64,000 bases of DNA, taken from the NCBI GenBank assembly GCA_027320085.1, contig DAHVLZ010000009.1, forward strand, positions 128,001 to 192,000, written 5' to 3'. Source of the DNA: Pseudomonadota bacterium (GTDB taxonomy: Bacteria; Pseudomonadota; Gammaproteobacteria; JAKAQQ01). A program made the position numbers and the translations under genes. Below are positions 52,277-63,522 of the stretch, piece by piece; position 1 is the first letter of the stretch, and every line of letters begins with the position of its first letter. A model generated the notes under the pieces. That model had not been told where the DNA came from. It did no database searches and was given only the letters and a program-made list of their open reading frames with translations.

Positions 52277-52597
52277 ATGAACCCGAATGACAAAAAACGA
52301 ACAACATCCTCATTAGCTGGACCGTTTCATAATAGCGAGGAGATACCATCCAGCCAGTCCTTGAGACACTTCGCCGCACAGGCTTTTCGACGATATCTCA
52401 AAGAGTTGAACGGAAACAAGCCCCGCAACCTCTACAATTTCGTCCTGAGGGAGATCGAGCAACCCCTGATTCAGGTCGCTCTCGAACATACTCAGGGTAA
52501 TCAGACGGAAGCTGCAAGACTGCTTGGAGTCAGTCGGGTGACACTCCGCAAAAAATTACGGGCACACGGCCTACCCGAGACCTCCAGACCTGCATGA
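52277..52597 (+). CDS. fis: Fis-family DNA-binding protein
   Basis: LY..VL.EIE.PL, GNQTEAA.LLG.SR.TLRKKL; upstream of purH; start uncertain. Confidence 0.9.
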   Translation: MNPNDKKRTTSSLAGPFHNSEEIPSSQSLRHFAAQAFRRYLKELNGNKPRNLYNFVLREIEQPLIQVALEHTQGNQTEAARLLGVSRVTLRKKLRAHGLPETSRPA

Positions 52598-52648
52598 GCC
52601 TCACCCAGAGTAAAGTGGCAACCCAATGATGGCGTGGGACGGAGGCTT

Positions 52649-54193
52649 ATGAGTGCGTGGGCGCTTTTCAGTCTCTCCGACCGGTCTGGGGCATCAGATT
52701 TTGCAGAACAACTGGTCCAGGCTGGCATTTCATTGCTGGCAACCAGCGGAACGGCTGAATATCTGAAAAGCCGGGGACTTTCGGTCAAGACAGTTGCTGA
52801 ACAGTATGGATCCCCCGAACTGTTGGGCGGACGGGTAAAAACCCTTCACCCCGGGCTCCATGCTGGCATTCTGGCCCGTCCCGTGGATCTTGCGGAACTC
52901 CGCGAACAGGGTGCCGAGGTAATCGATTACGTGATTGTGAGCCTGTATCCCTTCATGGAAACTTGGGCACATCATCGGACCGATGAGGACCTGATCGAGC
53001 AGATCGACATCGGAGGAGTCGCGTTGGTCCGGGCTGCCGCCAAGAATCATGAACGAGTCACCGTCATCGTCGACCCCGCGGATTATGGCTGGATCAGCCA
53101 ACGCATCCGGAATGCTGGCACCTTGAGCCAGGCAGAACGGCGTGAGCTCGCGGCCAAGGCATTCCGTCTCACTGCAAGCTACGATGGACTGATTGCTCGC
53201 TGGCTTACCCCTCCCCTCCCCGAACCAAGGACACGCTGGCCTGAACATTTTCCGATTTCGCTCGAACATGCCTTTGACCTCCGGTATGGAGATAACCCAC
53301 ACCAACGCGCTGCTTTTTATCGCGACCCTATGCAGAGCCTTCCTTGGGCTCTGGTTTCCGGCGACGCCAAGCCACTTTCCTACAACAACCTTCTGGATAT
53401 TGAAGCTGCCGTATCCTGTATTCATCACGTACCCGAGACCGCTTGTGCCATCGTCAAGCATGCGAGCCCTTGCGCGATGGCTTTTGCCCCAGACCCACTT
53501 GCAGCCTATCAAAAAGCCCATGAGGCTGATCCCGTCTCCGCGTTTGGTGGGATCATCGCCTTTAACCGACAGGTTGGTGCCAACTTGTTGGCTGCCATTT
53601 TCCAACGGCAGTTTGTTGAAATCCTAGTGGCGCCCGGTTTCACGCCGGAAGGATTGGCGTTGCTTCACAAACGGCCCAAGGTTCGTGCCGTCCAGCTCCA
53701 TGAGATATCCCACGGAACTTCCCCACCTGCCGGGACATTCCGGTCCGTCGCCGGAGGCTATGTGATTGGGGAGGCTGACCAAATTCTCCTCGATGAGACC
53801 CGGTTACGATGCGTCACACGTCGCCAGCCTAACGAAAACGAATGGACAGACCTCCGACTTGCCTGGCACGTCGCACGGACGGTCCCTTCCAACGCCATAG
53901 TTCTCGTCCGACAAGGCCGGACAGTGGGGATCGGCGGCGGTCAACCGAACCGACCGGACAGTCTCCTGATCGCCAAGGAAAAAGCCAGCCGGGCGGGTTT
54001 GACCCTGGAATCCGCAGTCCTGGCCTCGGATGGATTTCTACCGTTCCCAGACGTGGTCGAAACAGCCGGTGCCCTCGGCATCTCCGCTGTCATCCAGCCC
54101 GGAGGCTCCCTCAAGGATCAGGACGTGATTACGGCAGCGGACGCCCGGAACATGGCCATGCTGCTCACCGGCCTACGACATTTCCGTCACTGA
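52649..54193 (+). CDS. purH: Bifunctional AICAR transformylase / IMP cyclohydrolase
   Basis: GRVKTLHP, IDIGG..L.RAAAKN, LRYG.NPHQ, SNAIV, SDGF.PF, IQPGGS, RHFRH. Confidence 0.96.
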   Translation: MSAWALFSLSDRSGASDFAEQLVQAGISLLATSGTAEYLKSRGLSVKTVAEQYGSPELLGGRVKTLHPGLHAGILARPVDLAELREQGAEVIDYVIVSLYPFMETWAHHRTDEDLIEQIDIGGVALVRAAAKNHERVTVIVDPADYGWISQRIRNAGTLSQAERRELAAKAFRLTASYDGLIARWLTPPLPEPRTRWPEHFPISLEHAFDLRYGDNPHQRAAFYRDPMQSLPWALVSGDAKPLSYNNLLDIEAAVSCIHHVPETACAIVKHASPCAMAFAPDPLAAYQKAHEADPVSAFGGIIAFNRQVGANLLAAIFQRQFVEILVAPGFTPEGLALLHKRPKVRAVQLHEISHGTSPPAGTFRSVAGGYVIGEADQILLDETRLRCVTRRQPNENEWTDLRLAWHVARTVPSNAIVLVRQGRTVGIGGGQPNRPDSLLIAKEKASRAGLTLESAVLASDGFLPFPDVVETAGALGISAVIQPGGSLKDQDVITAADARNMAMLLTGLRHFRH

Positions 54194-54211
54194 CCCTGTC
54201 GCTGGAGAAGC

Positions 54212-55498
54212 ATGAACCATCGAGGAGTTGGACAGGGTGCACGAATTCTCGTCGTCGGGCAGGGCGCACGAGAACATGCCCTTGTCTGGGCGCTGTCCCG
54301 GTCGCCAGAAACCCGGGCTTTGTGGGTAGCTCCCGGTAATGCCGGAACCGGCCAGGAACCCAAAACGCGAAATATTTCAATAGAATCTCACGAGATTGAT
54401 GCCTTGGCTACTTTTGCCCGACAGGAAAACATTGATCTCGTCGTCGTCGGTCCAGAAGCCCCGCTTGTGCTCGGACTGGCTGACCGTTTGGCTGTTCAGG
54501 GAACAGCCGTCATCGGTCCACGGCAGGATGCCGCCCGACTGGAGGGATCCAAAATCGCCTGCAAACGATTCTGCCAACGGCACGGTATTCCGACTGCGCC
54601 AGCCCGTATCCACGAAAAGCCAGAGGATGCCCTCCGAGACGTTGCGACCTGTCCCCTACCGGTTGTGATTAAGGCCTCCGGACTATGCGGGGGGAAAGGG
54701 GTCGTGATCGCAACCTCGCGGGCTGAGGCGGAGACTGCGGTCCGAAAACTCGCACAGCTGCCCGGCGGACAGGAAGGCCTGCTCGTTGAAGAATGTCTAG
54801 AGGGCTGGGAAACGAGCTATATCGTGCTGGCCCAAGAGACAAGCTATCTGTCCTGCCCCCCCACCCAAGACCACAAAAGGCTTAAGGACGGCAATCATGG
54901 CCCTAATACCGGAGGAATGGGCGCTTTCTCACCCGCCAACCGTGTCACACCTGAGTTGGAAACGCGCATCTGCTACGAGATCATCGAACCGACACTTCAG
55001 GCACTCGCACAATCCGGACATCCCTACCAAGGGTTCCTCTATGCAGGAATCATGGTCGACAAAAGTGGAGATCCACGCCTGCTGGAATTCAACTGTCGTC
55101 TCGGAGATCCAGAAGCCCAAGTTATTCTATTCCGGCTCGTGGATGACCTTCACGCGATCTTTGACGCCACCGTGCAGCAACGTCTAGACAAGGTCCGCTG
55201 GACTTCCGGACCCGAAGTTGCACTCACAACAATAATCGCCGCATCCGGGTATCCCGAGACTTCTTCCGGCGGTGTTGAGCCAATCGACGGCCTCGAGGTG
55301 GTGGAAGAACAAACCGATCTCAAGGTTTTCCATGGCGCAACGGGCTGGATAAACGGGCAGGTCGTGTGTAGAGGGGGGCGGGTTCTCGCCGTTACCGGGC
55401 GTGGCAGCAGCCTGCCCCAAGCTCGCGACCGGGTTTATACCCGGATCGAGAATTTGCATTTCGCCGGGATGCAGTATCGAAAGGACATTGGGTCATGA
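54212..55498 (+). CDS. purD: Phosphoribosylamine--glycine ligase
   Basis: G.REHAL, PGNAG, VVGPEAPL, QDHKR, GPNTGGMG, EFN.R.GDPE.Q. Confidence 0.96.
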   Translation: MNHRGVGQGARILVVGQGAREHALVWALSRSPETRALWVAPGNAGTGQEPKTRNISIESHEIDALATFARQENIDLVVVGPEAPLVLGLADRLAVQGTAVIGPRQDAARLEGSKIACKRFCQRHGIPTAPARIHEKPEDALRDVATCPLPVVIKASGLCGGKGVVIATSRAEAETAVRKLAQLPGGQEGLLVEECLEGWETSYIVLAQETSYLSCPPTQDHKRLKDGNHGPNTGGMGAFSPANRVTPELETRICYEIIEPTLQALAQSGHPYQGFLYAGIMVDKSGDPRLLEFNCRLGDPEAQVILFRLVDDLHAIFDATVQQRLDKVRWTSGPEVALTTIIAASGYPETSSGGVEPIDGLEVVEEQTDLKVFHGATGWINGQVVCRGGRVLAVTGRGSSLPQARDRVYTRIENLHFAGMQYRKDIGS

Positions 55499-55944
55499 TC
55501 CAGCCCATAAGTTGCCGCATTGAGCTTTGTACACCGGGCACACACGGAGAACAGATCCACGCAGTACTACACGAATTGCGCTCGGCGCTGGACTTGGCCA
55601 CCTTCGAGCACTGCTGGCGGTACCAGCATCAATACTATGGGTACGAAGTGGTTGTCGCCTGGCTGGACCAGGAAGTGGCTGGGATCATGGGGATGCGCCC
55701 AGTCGAAACCCTCTCGCGCGGAGCATTCCTCCACATTGACGACCTAGTGGTCCGTCACGATTGCCGCCGTCGGGGGATCGGACGGGCACTGCTCAACTGG
55801 GGGGAAACCTGGGCGACCGCACATGGTCTGGGTGCCATCTTTTTGGACAGTCGCCTTGAGGCCCTTCCCTTCTATCAGCAGCTCGGTTATGACTCGCACG
55901 GCTCGGTTCTGGTTCGGAAGATTCTTGACACCCAATCTGCCTGA
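55495..55944 (+). CDS. GNAT-family N-acetyltransferase
   Basis: ELRS.L, IDDLVV...RRRGIG..LL, LDS...A..FY...GY. Confidence 0.85.
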   Translation: MIQPISCRIELCTPGTHGEQIHAVLHELRSALDLATFEHCWRYQHQYYGYEVVVAWLDQEVAGIMGMRPVETLSRGAFLHIDDLVVRHDCRRRGIGRALLNWGETWATAHGLGAIFLDSRLEALPFYQQLGYDSHGSVLVRKILDTQSA

Positions 55945-55950
55945 GTACTT

Positions 55951-57333
55951 TCAGCGCTTCATGGAATCAAAGAATTCGCTGTTGGTCTTTGTTTCTTTGA
56001 GTTTCGAAAGCAGGAACTCAATGGCCGCCAGTTCATCCATGGGATGCAGGAGCTGACGAAGAATCCACAGTTTCTGCAGCTCATCCGGGGTAACTAACAA
56101 TTCTTCACGACGGGTCCCCGAACGGTTGATGTTAATGGCTGGGAAAATTCGCTTCTCGTAAATCCGGCGATCCAGATGGATTTCCGAGTTTCCAGTCCCC
56201 TTGAATTCCTCATAGATCACATCATCCATCCGCGAACCCGTATCAATCAGTGCCGTGGCGACAATAGTCAGGCTCCCACCTTCCTCGATGTTTCGGGCCG
56301 AACCGAAAATCCGCTTGGGCCGCTGCAATGCACTTGCATCAACGCCTCCGGTCAGAACCTTCCCTGATGCTGGAGCCACGGTGTTGTAAGCCCTCGCCAA
56401 GCGGGTAATCGAATCCAAGAGGATGACCACGTCACGTTTGTGCTCCACCAGGCGTTTGGCCTTTTCGATCACCATCTCTGCTGCCTGGACATGCCGCGAT
56501 GCCGGCTCATCGAAGGTACTGGAGACGACCTCCCCTCGGACTGAGCGACTCATCTCCGTCACTTCCTCGGGACGCTCATCAATAAGCAGGACAATGAGGT
56601 AGACCTCTGGATGATTCGCCGTGATGGATTGCGCGATGTTTTGAAGCATCATCGTTTTCCCGGCCTTGGGAGGGGACACGATGAGGCTGCGTTGGCCCTT
56701 GCCGATAGGCGCCACCATATCGATGATACGTGCTGTTAGGTCCTCCGTGCTCCCTGTTCCGCGTTCCATTTTGAAACGGGTTCTGGGAAACAGCGGAGTC
56801 AGATTTTCGAATAGGATCTTGTTCTGGGCATTGGACGGATGGTCATAGTTAATGCGATCCACCCGAAGAAGCGCGAAATAGCGTTCCCCCTCCTTGGGAG
56901 GGCGTACATGCCCAAGAACCGTATCGCCGGTCCGCAGGTTAAAGCGCCGGACTTGACTCGGTGATACGTAAACATCATCAGGACCTGCAAGGTAGGAGCT
57001 GTCCGCTGAGCGCAGAAACCCATAACCATCCTGCATGATCTCGAGAACACCCTCGGCGACGATGATCTCGCCACCGCGAGCCTTGGCTTTGAGAATAGAG
57101 AAAATGACTTCCTGTTTGCGGGCTCGAGGTGCACCCTCGATGGACAGAGACTCGGCAAGCTGGATCAACTCCGTAGGAGACATTTTCTTAAGGGCATTGA
57201 GATCGATCGTTGGACGATTCTCATCAAATGCCACGTTTTCTTCCGGAACGTCCTCTTCTGGCCCATTGGGCAGACCACCCATAGGCTCATTGGGAAGCAT
57301 GCGCGGGCCGCCGCGCCGTCTGGGGTACCTCAC
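55951..57333 (-). CDS. rho: Transcription termination factor Rho
   Basis: [39 protein letters not shown]; start either GTG 57333 or ATG 57300. Confidence 0.98.
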   Translation of the reverse strand: MRYPRRRGGPRMLPNEPMGGLPNGPEEDVPEENVAFDENRPTIDLNALKKMSPTELIQLAESLSIEGAPRARKQEVIFSILKAKARGGEIIVAEGVLEIMQDGYGFLRSADSSYLAGPDDVYVSPSQVRRFNLRTGDTVLGHVRPPKEGERYFALLRVDRINYDHPSNAQNKILFENLTPLFPRTRFKMERGTGSTEDLTARIIDMVAPIGKGQRSLIVSPPKAGKTMMLQNIAQSITANHPEVYLIVLLIDERPEEVTEMSRSVRGEVVSSTFDEPASRHVQAAEMVIEKAKRLVEHKRDVVILLDSITRLARAYNTVAPASGKVLTGGVDASALQRPKRIFGSARNIEEGGSLTIVATALIDTGSRMDDVIYEEFKGTGNSEIHLDRRIYEKRIFPAININRSGTRREELLVTPDELQKLWILRQLLHPMDELAAIEFLLSKLKETKTNSEFFDSMKR

Positions 57334-57656
57334 AGGTTGGTATCCAAGAAATTGGTCAGCTGGGTGCGGCTCAGGGCACCTACTTTCTGTGCTTGCACAT
57401 TGCCTCCTTTGAACAAGATTAGGGTCGGAATTCCACGAACCCCGTAGTGGGCGGGTGTCTTCGGGTTCTCATCCACATTGAGCTTCATGATTCTGACGCG
57501 GCCAGCGTATTGGCCGGCGATTTCCTCGAGAAGCGGGGCAATCATCCTGCAAGGCCCACACCACTCGGCCCAAAAATCGACAAGGACCGGCGGGTCTGAT
57601 CGCAGTACATCTGCGTCAAACGTCGAATCGCTGCTATGGGCGATCAACTCACTCAT
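57330..57656 (-). CDS. trxA: Thioredoxin
   Basis: [20 protein letters not shown]; trxA-rho synteny. Confidence 0.97.
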   Translation of the reverse strand: MSELIAHSSDSTFDADVLRSDPPVLVDFWAEWCGPCRMIAPLLEEIAGQYAGRVRIMKLNVDENPKTPAHYGVRGIPTLILFKGGNVQAQKVGALSRTQLTNFLDTNL

Positions 57657-58235
57657 GAGCGGGCTCCGAATGGAAAAAAGTGAATGGGAATCTTCAATAC
57701 CGTGATGTTGTGAGGCACTCGCTCTCACTGTAGAACACTGGACCTGAACTCCTTCAGGGACCAATGGGGGGAAACTGGCGTACCTTACGCCTTCATTCTA
57801 CGCGGCCCAATCACAATTCAAACTTGGGAAGTCAGGAGCAAAATGGGCTTTGCGAACCTGAACGCCGTTGGAACAAAGGAAACCGGATCACATCGGCCAT
57901 TTCAGTCCCCTGTCCGGTTTTCACATCCAGTTCTAGGTCTAAAGTAGCACAGGGACCGGGTCGGTTGCAAGCAACCCCCCAACTCCCCAAGACCAAGACC
58001 TGAGGTTTTGCCTCCCTAAGGTTCCCGGTTCAGCCAAAAATGGCGTCGTATAATAACTTATCCAGTAATGAATTGTCGCCGGTGCCTGCCATTAGTTTAG
58101 GACCCATCCCCCTTCGATGGCGGGTAACGGGGAAGGCCGGTGGTGAGCTGTGCCCGCTCGGAAACGCCTGACGACGGTAACACCTCCGGACCATCATATC
58201 TAGAGGATCCCCACGGATCCAAAGGTCTATGTTTA

Positions 58236-59177
58236 ATGACCGAACCCATCCTTACAAACACGCCCACTGCCCTTGAAATCACCGGTCTTCAGAAAACCTA
58301 CAGAAATGGCAGCACGGCCTTGCGGGGTATCGACCTGCGAGTGCAACCAGGTGAGTTTTTTGCCCTGCTCGGCCCGAACGGTGCCGGGAAGACAACAACG
58401 ATCGGGATCCTCACTTCTCTCGTCAACAAAACAGCGGGCACCATCCGGATCTTCGGCATTGATCACGAAAAGAAAACAGCCGATGCCCGCGCACTCATGG
58501 GTGTTGTGCCCCAAGAAGTCAACTTTAATCTCTTTGAGAAGGTTAGGGACATCATCCTCAACCAAGCGGGTTACTATGGAATTGCCCGCACCGAGGCTCA
58601 GCCACGCTGTCAGATGCTGGTTGAAGCACTTCACCTGACTCCATACCAGGATCAGATGGCCCGGACTCTTTCGGGCGGCTTCAAAAGACGGCTCATGATT
58701 GCCCGTGCCTTGATTCATAATCCCCGTCTGCTCATTCTCGATGAACCGACCGCGGGAGTTGACGTTGAAATGCGCCATGAGACCTGGCAGTTTCTCCGCG
58801 AGCTCAACGCAGCTGGTACCACGATCATCCTGACCACACACTACCTCGAGGAGGCCGAGCTGCTCTGCAACCGACTGGCCATCATCCACCATGGAGCAAT
58901 TGTGGCCCAGGGAAGCAAAAGGTCTCTTCTCGAGATGATGTCGCATCAGACCTATCTTCTTGACCTCGCGGCGCCGATCACTGTCCTGCCGGATCTGGGG
59001 CTTCCTCGTGTTCGCCTAGTCGATCCAGAGCAGGTTGAAGTTGCCATTGCACAAAACGAAGATCTCAACCAAGTCTTTCGAGCCCTAGATACCCACAAAA
59101 TCCGGGTGCAAAGCCTGCGTAATAAGTCTAACCGCCTTGAAGAATTATTCTTAGCTTTGACAGGGAGAACGCCATGA
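58236..59177 (+). CDS. yadG: ABC-2 transporter ATPase (YadG-like)
   Basis: FFALLGPNGAGKTT.IG, VPQE.NFN.FE, DEPTAGVD.E.R, NKSNRLEELF. Confidence 0.85.
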   Translation: MTEPILTNTPTALEITGLQKTYRNGSTALRGIDLRVQPGEFFALLGPNGAGKTTTIGILTSLVNKTAGTIRIFGIDHEKKTADARALMGVVPQEVNFNLFEKVRDIILNQAGYYGIARTEAQPRCQMLVEALHLTPYQDQMARTLSGGFKRRLMIARALIHNPRLLILDEPTAGVDVEMRHETWQFLRELNAAGTTIILTTHYLEEAELLCNRLAIIHHGAIVAQGSKRSLLEMMSHQTYLLDLAAPITVLPDLGLPRVRLVDPEQVEVAIAQNEDLNQVFRALDTHKIRVQSLRNKSNRLEELFLALTGRTP

Positions 59178-59950
59178 ACCGGATGCGCCGAAACTGGGTT
59201 GGGCTGACCACCCTTGTCAACAAGGAAATTGTGAGGATTGTTCGGATCTGGACCCAGACACTGATCCCCCCCGTGATCACCATGTCGCTTTACTTCGTCA
59301 TTTTCGGGAGCGTGATCGGATCCCGGGTCGGCAAGATCTCTGGGTTCAGTTACATGGCCTACATCGCGCCCGGCCTGATCATGATGTCAATCATCACGAA
59401 CTCCTACTCCAACGTGGTCTCCTCCTTTTTCGGGGCCAAGTTTGCTCGCCATGTAGAGGAAATTCTGGTCAGTCCCCTTCCCCTAAGCCTCCTGCTTCTA
59501 GGCTACATGGCGGGTGGGATGGTCCGTGGACTCCTCAATGGTGCACTCGTCACCCTTGTGGCTCTTTTCTTCACACACCTCGAGCCCGCCGAACCATGGG
59601 TCGTTATCTCGGTTGCCATCTTGACCTCAGCGATTTTCTCACTCGCGGGTTTTACCAATGCAATTTTTGCCAAAAAATTCGATGATATTTCAATCGTTCC
59701 CACCTTTGTTTTGACGCCCTTGACCTACCTTGGTGGAGTATTTTATTCCATCGCTCTACTCCCTCCCTTCTGGAGGGACCTCAGCCGGGTCAATCCAATT
59801 GTTTACATGGTCAGCGCATTCCGGACCGGGATTCTGGGGATCCGGACCATGCCACTCACAACTGCCTACAGTTTCATGATCCTTTTCCTTCTGCTCTTGT
59901 TTGGGACAAACTGGTGGCTCCTGAAACGCGGAACCGGAATCCGTAACTAG
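59174..59950 (+). CDS. yadH: ABC-2 transporter permease (YadH-like)
   Basis: RIWTQTL.PP.ITM.LYF, ITNSYSNVVSSFF, FDDISIVPTFVLTPLTYLGGVFY. Confidence 0.88.
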   Translation: MNRMRRNWVGLTTLVNKEIVRIVRIWTQTLIPPVITMSLYFVIFGSVIGSRVGKISGFSYMAYIAPGLIMMSIITNSYSNVVSSFFGAKFARHVEEILVSPLPLSLLLLGYMAGGMVRGLLNGALVTLVALFFTHLEPAEPWVVISVAILTSAIFSLAGFTNAIFAKKFDDISIVPTFVLTPLTYLGGVFYSIALLPPFWRDLSRVNPIVYMVSAFRTGILGIRTMPLTTAYSFMILFLLLLFGTNWWLLKRGTGIRN

Positions 59951-60152
59951 GTTTGAGCCGGTATACACAAGCCCAGCTGTGCAGTGCAAAATATGACGCG
60001 TTGGGCGGGAGAAGTGCTCCAGATAAAAGTAAGCGGGGGATCCGGCCGCAGGAGTGCCACATCGGCTCGTCGTGACCCTAGGACACCGCAGGAATCCTCG
60101 GCATCCCTTGGGGCCGGGAGGATGTCAACCAGGTTTGCCGTTTCTGGCATAG

Positions 60153-61243
<1,091 letters not shown>

Positions 61244-61325
61244 GGAATCGCCCAACTTGCACAAATCCCCATCTCATCGTAAGCTAAATCCGGGCAAAAA
61301 ACCGGTTCGGTAAGGAAGTCGTCCG

Positions 61326-63377
61326 ATGAAACCGAAAACCTCTTGGCAGTGGATCCAAACCGCACTCCTCGTAGCAGGCCTGTCCGCGCTGGCGGGGTGT
61401 GGTGTAGGAACCCCTAATACAACCTCAGCCCCCAATCCCAACGCCGGCTTTACCGCTCGATTTTATCCGGCGGGTGGAATCGGTCCGTTTCCAACCGACC
61501 TCGATTTTCTCAACTCCACCACGGGAACCTTGAACATTCCGGTGACCGACCCCGGAAACTTCGAGGATCCCTACGTTGACATGAATACCATGGCCGGGTT
61601 TTCGACCACGGCTCCCATCAATGCCTACTTCAGCCAGCCCGTCAATGCGGCAAGCCTGCCGGGCCATGTCTACGTGTTTCAGGTTCAGACCGATCCCCAA
61701 GAAGGTTATGCGGTCACTGGTTTCGTGAAACCCCTGACCTTGGGAACCGACTACACCGCCACAGTCTCTCCCCAAGATCCGGACGTGATTGACATCACAC
61801 CGATCCTGCCGCTCGCGCCATCCAGTTCGTATCTTCTGGTGCTCACAAAAGGTATCCAGGACACGGATGGCACCCCGGTCAGCGCTGATACCGACTATGC
61901 AGCCATTGAGCAGCATGTGACTCAAAATACGCCGCTCACTAACCCAACCTTGGAAGCGATTTCTCCCATCATCGGTTCACAGATTGAGGTGGCCTCGGCA
62001 GCCGGCCTCTCTCCTTCCAGCATTGTCCTGACGTGGACGGTATCCACCCAGTCGATCACCCCGGTGCTGGACTATATCGAACAACACGCCCAGCCGACTC
62101 AGGTCACCAATCTCAATTTCATGGGAACAACCGCCAATTTCATTTCCGGAAGTCCAGGTTTTGCCAATGTCTACCAAGGCCTCCTCACCATTCCCTACTA
62201 CCTGGGTGCTCCCTCGGCGGCAGACCCGGCCGCTCCTTTGACCGACTTCTGGCATGGCGCGAACGGTTCCTATCTCACCCGTTACAACCCAGCCCCCGTT
62301 CCAACCACGACCCTCGAAATTCCGATTCTGGTGACGGTCCCCAACTCGAACTCGCCCAACTACAGCTATCCCTCAACCGGTTTCCCCGTTGCCATTTTCC
62401 AGCATGGTATCGGGCAAAACCGGACCAATGATCTCGCGGTGGCCGATGCTTTTGCGGACGCCGATTTCGCGACTGTTGCCATTGATCTTCCATTGCATGG
62501 AATCACCGACCCACAAAACCCCTTCTACATGGGTTCCTACGAAAGGACCTTCAATCTACCGGTCGGACTAGGGACTCCAGAGGTTCAACCAGGAACGATC
62601 GCCCCCTCGGGAACCTACTTCATCAATCTGACTCAACTGCTCGTTAGCCGCGATAACCTGCGGGAGGCCGCAGCCGACCTCATCACCCTGACCAAAACGC
62701 TACCAAATGTCCTGATCCCCGGGACAGGACAACATCTCAATCCTTCCGAACTCTTTTTTGTCGGGCATTCGCTAGGAGCCATCGTCGGGACGGTCTATCT
62801 GGGTGTCGACCCCCAGCCCTATGCAGCCACCCTCGGGATGCCCGGTGCAGAAATTCCTTATCTCCTGAACGATTCGGCAACCTTCGGTCCAATTATTCAG
62901 AGTGGACTCGAACAGGCGGGCATCCAGCCCAATACCCAGCTTTACGATGATTTCCTGCGGAATGCCCAAACCGTGGTCGACTCGGGTGACCCGGCGAACT
63001 GGGGTGCGTTGGCTGCGCATCTGCATCCCATTGACATGATTGAGGTCATCGGCGATTCCCAAACCGGATCCCTACCCGACCAAGTGGTACCAAACTCGGC
63101 GACTAATCTCCTGGCCAAGATCATGGGGCTGACGCAATATGGGACTCCGAATGATGGTTCGCTCTCGGTCAATGTCGTGCCTACGGGAGTGAGGGGAATT
63201 GTCAAGTTCCTGACTGGTGCGCATGGATCCTTGATCGATCCCTCACCCAGTCTGGCTGCTTTCAACGAGATGCAAAGCGAGATGGTCGTCTTTGCCGCAG
63301 GGTACCCACCCTATAGCCTACCGGGTGGTGGCGAAACCCTGCTCATCCAAAACACGGGGATCGTACAGAACCCGTAG
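61326..63377 (+). CDS. Lipoprotein lipase/phospholipase (Pla-1/cef/VolA-like)
   Basis: Lipobox LAGC; PFP.D, GFSTTAP, Ig-like region, FQHGI, IDLPLHG, RDNLR, GHSLG nucleophile elbow, D.VVPN, G.HGS. Confidence 0.82.
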   Translation: MKPKTSWQWIQTALLVAGLSALAGCGVGTPNTTSAPNPNAGFTARFYPAGGIGPFPTDLDFLNSTTGTLNIPVTDPGNFEDPYVDMNTMAGFSTTAPINAYFSQPVNAASLPGHVYVFQVQTDPQEGYAVTGFVKPLTLGTDYTATVSPQDPDVIDITPILPLAPSSSYLLVLTKGIQDTDGTPVSADTDYAAIEQHVTQNTPLTNPTLEAISPIIGSQIEVASAAGLSPSSIVLTWTVSTQSITPVLDYIEQHAQPTQVTNLNFMGTTANFISGSPGFANVYQGLLTIPYYLGAPSAADPAAPLTDFWHGANGSYLTRYNPAPVPTTTLEIPILVTVPNSNSPNYSYPSTGFPVAIFQHGIGQNRTNDLAVADAFADADFATVAIDLPLHGITDPQNPFYMGSYERTFNLPVGLGTPEVQPGTIAPSGTYFINLTQLLVSRDNLREAAADLITLTKTLPNVLIPGTGQHLNPSELFFVGHSLGAIVGTVYLGVDPQPYAATLGMPGAEIPYLLNDSATFGPIIQSGLEQAGIQPNTQLYDDFLRNAQTVVDSGDPANWGALAAHLHPIDMIEVIGDSQTGSLPDQVVPNSATNLLAKIMGLTQYGTPNDGSLSVNVVPTGVRGIVKFLTGAHGSLIDPSPSLAAFNEMQSEMVVFAAGYPPYSLPGGGETLLIQNTGIVQNP

Positions 63378-63522
63378 CTAAGTCCCCGCCCGAGGCGGAT
63401 GGCTCTCTCCCGGATTCGGTATATTCGGGGGACTGTGGGTCGTGGTAGGATGCGTCCACGTGTGGTGCCTTCCATAAACGGAGATGGCACTCCCTGGGTA
63501 CCTGTCCGATGAATGCGACCCC

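Noticed and set aside
58161-58175. GAAAC and CTGACGA resembling a hammerhead ribozyme core
   Set aside because: Order and spacing leave no room for stems I-III or a cleavage triplet.
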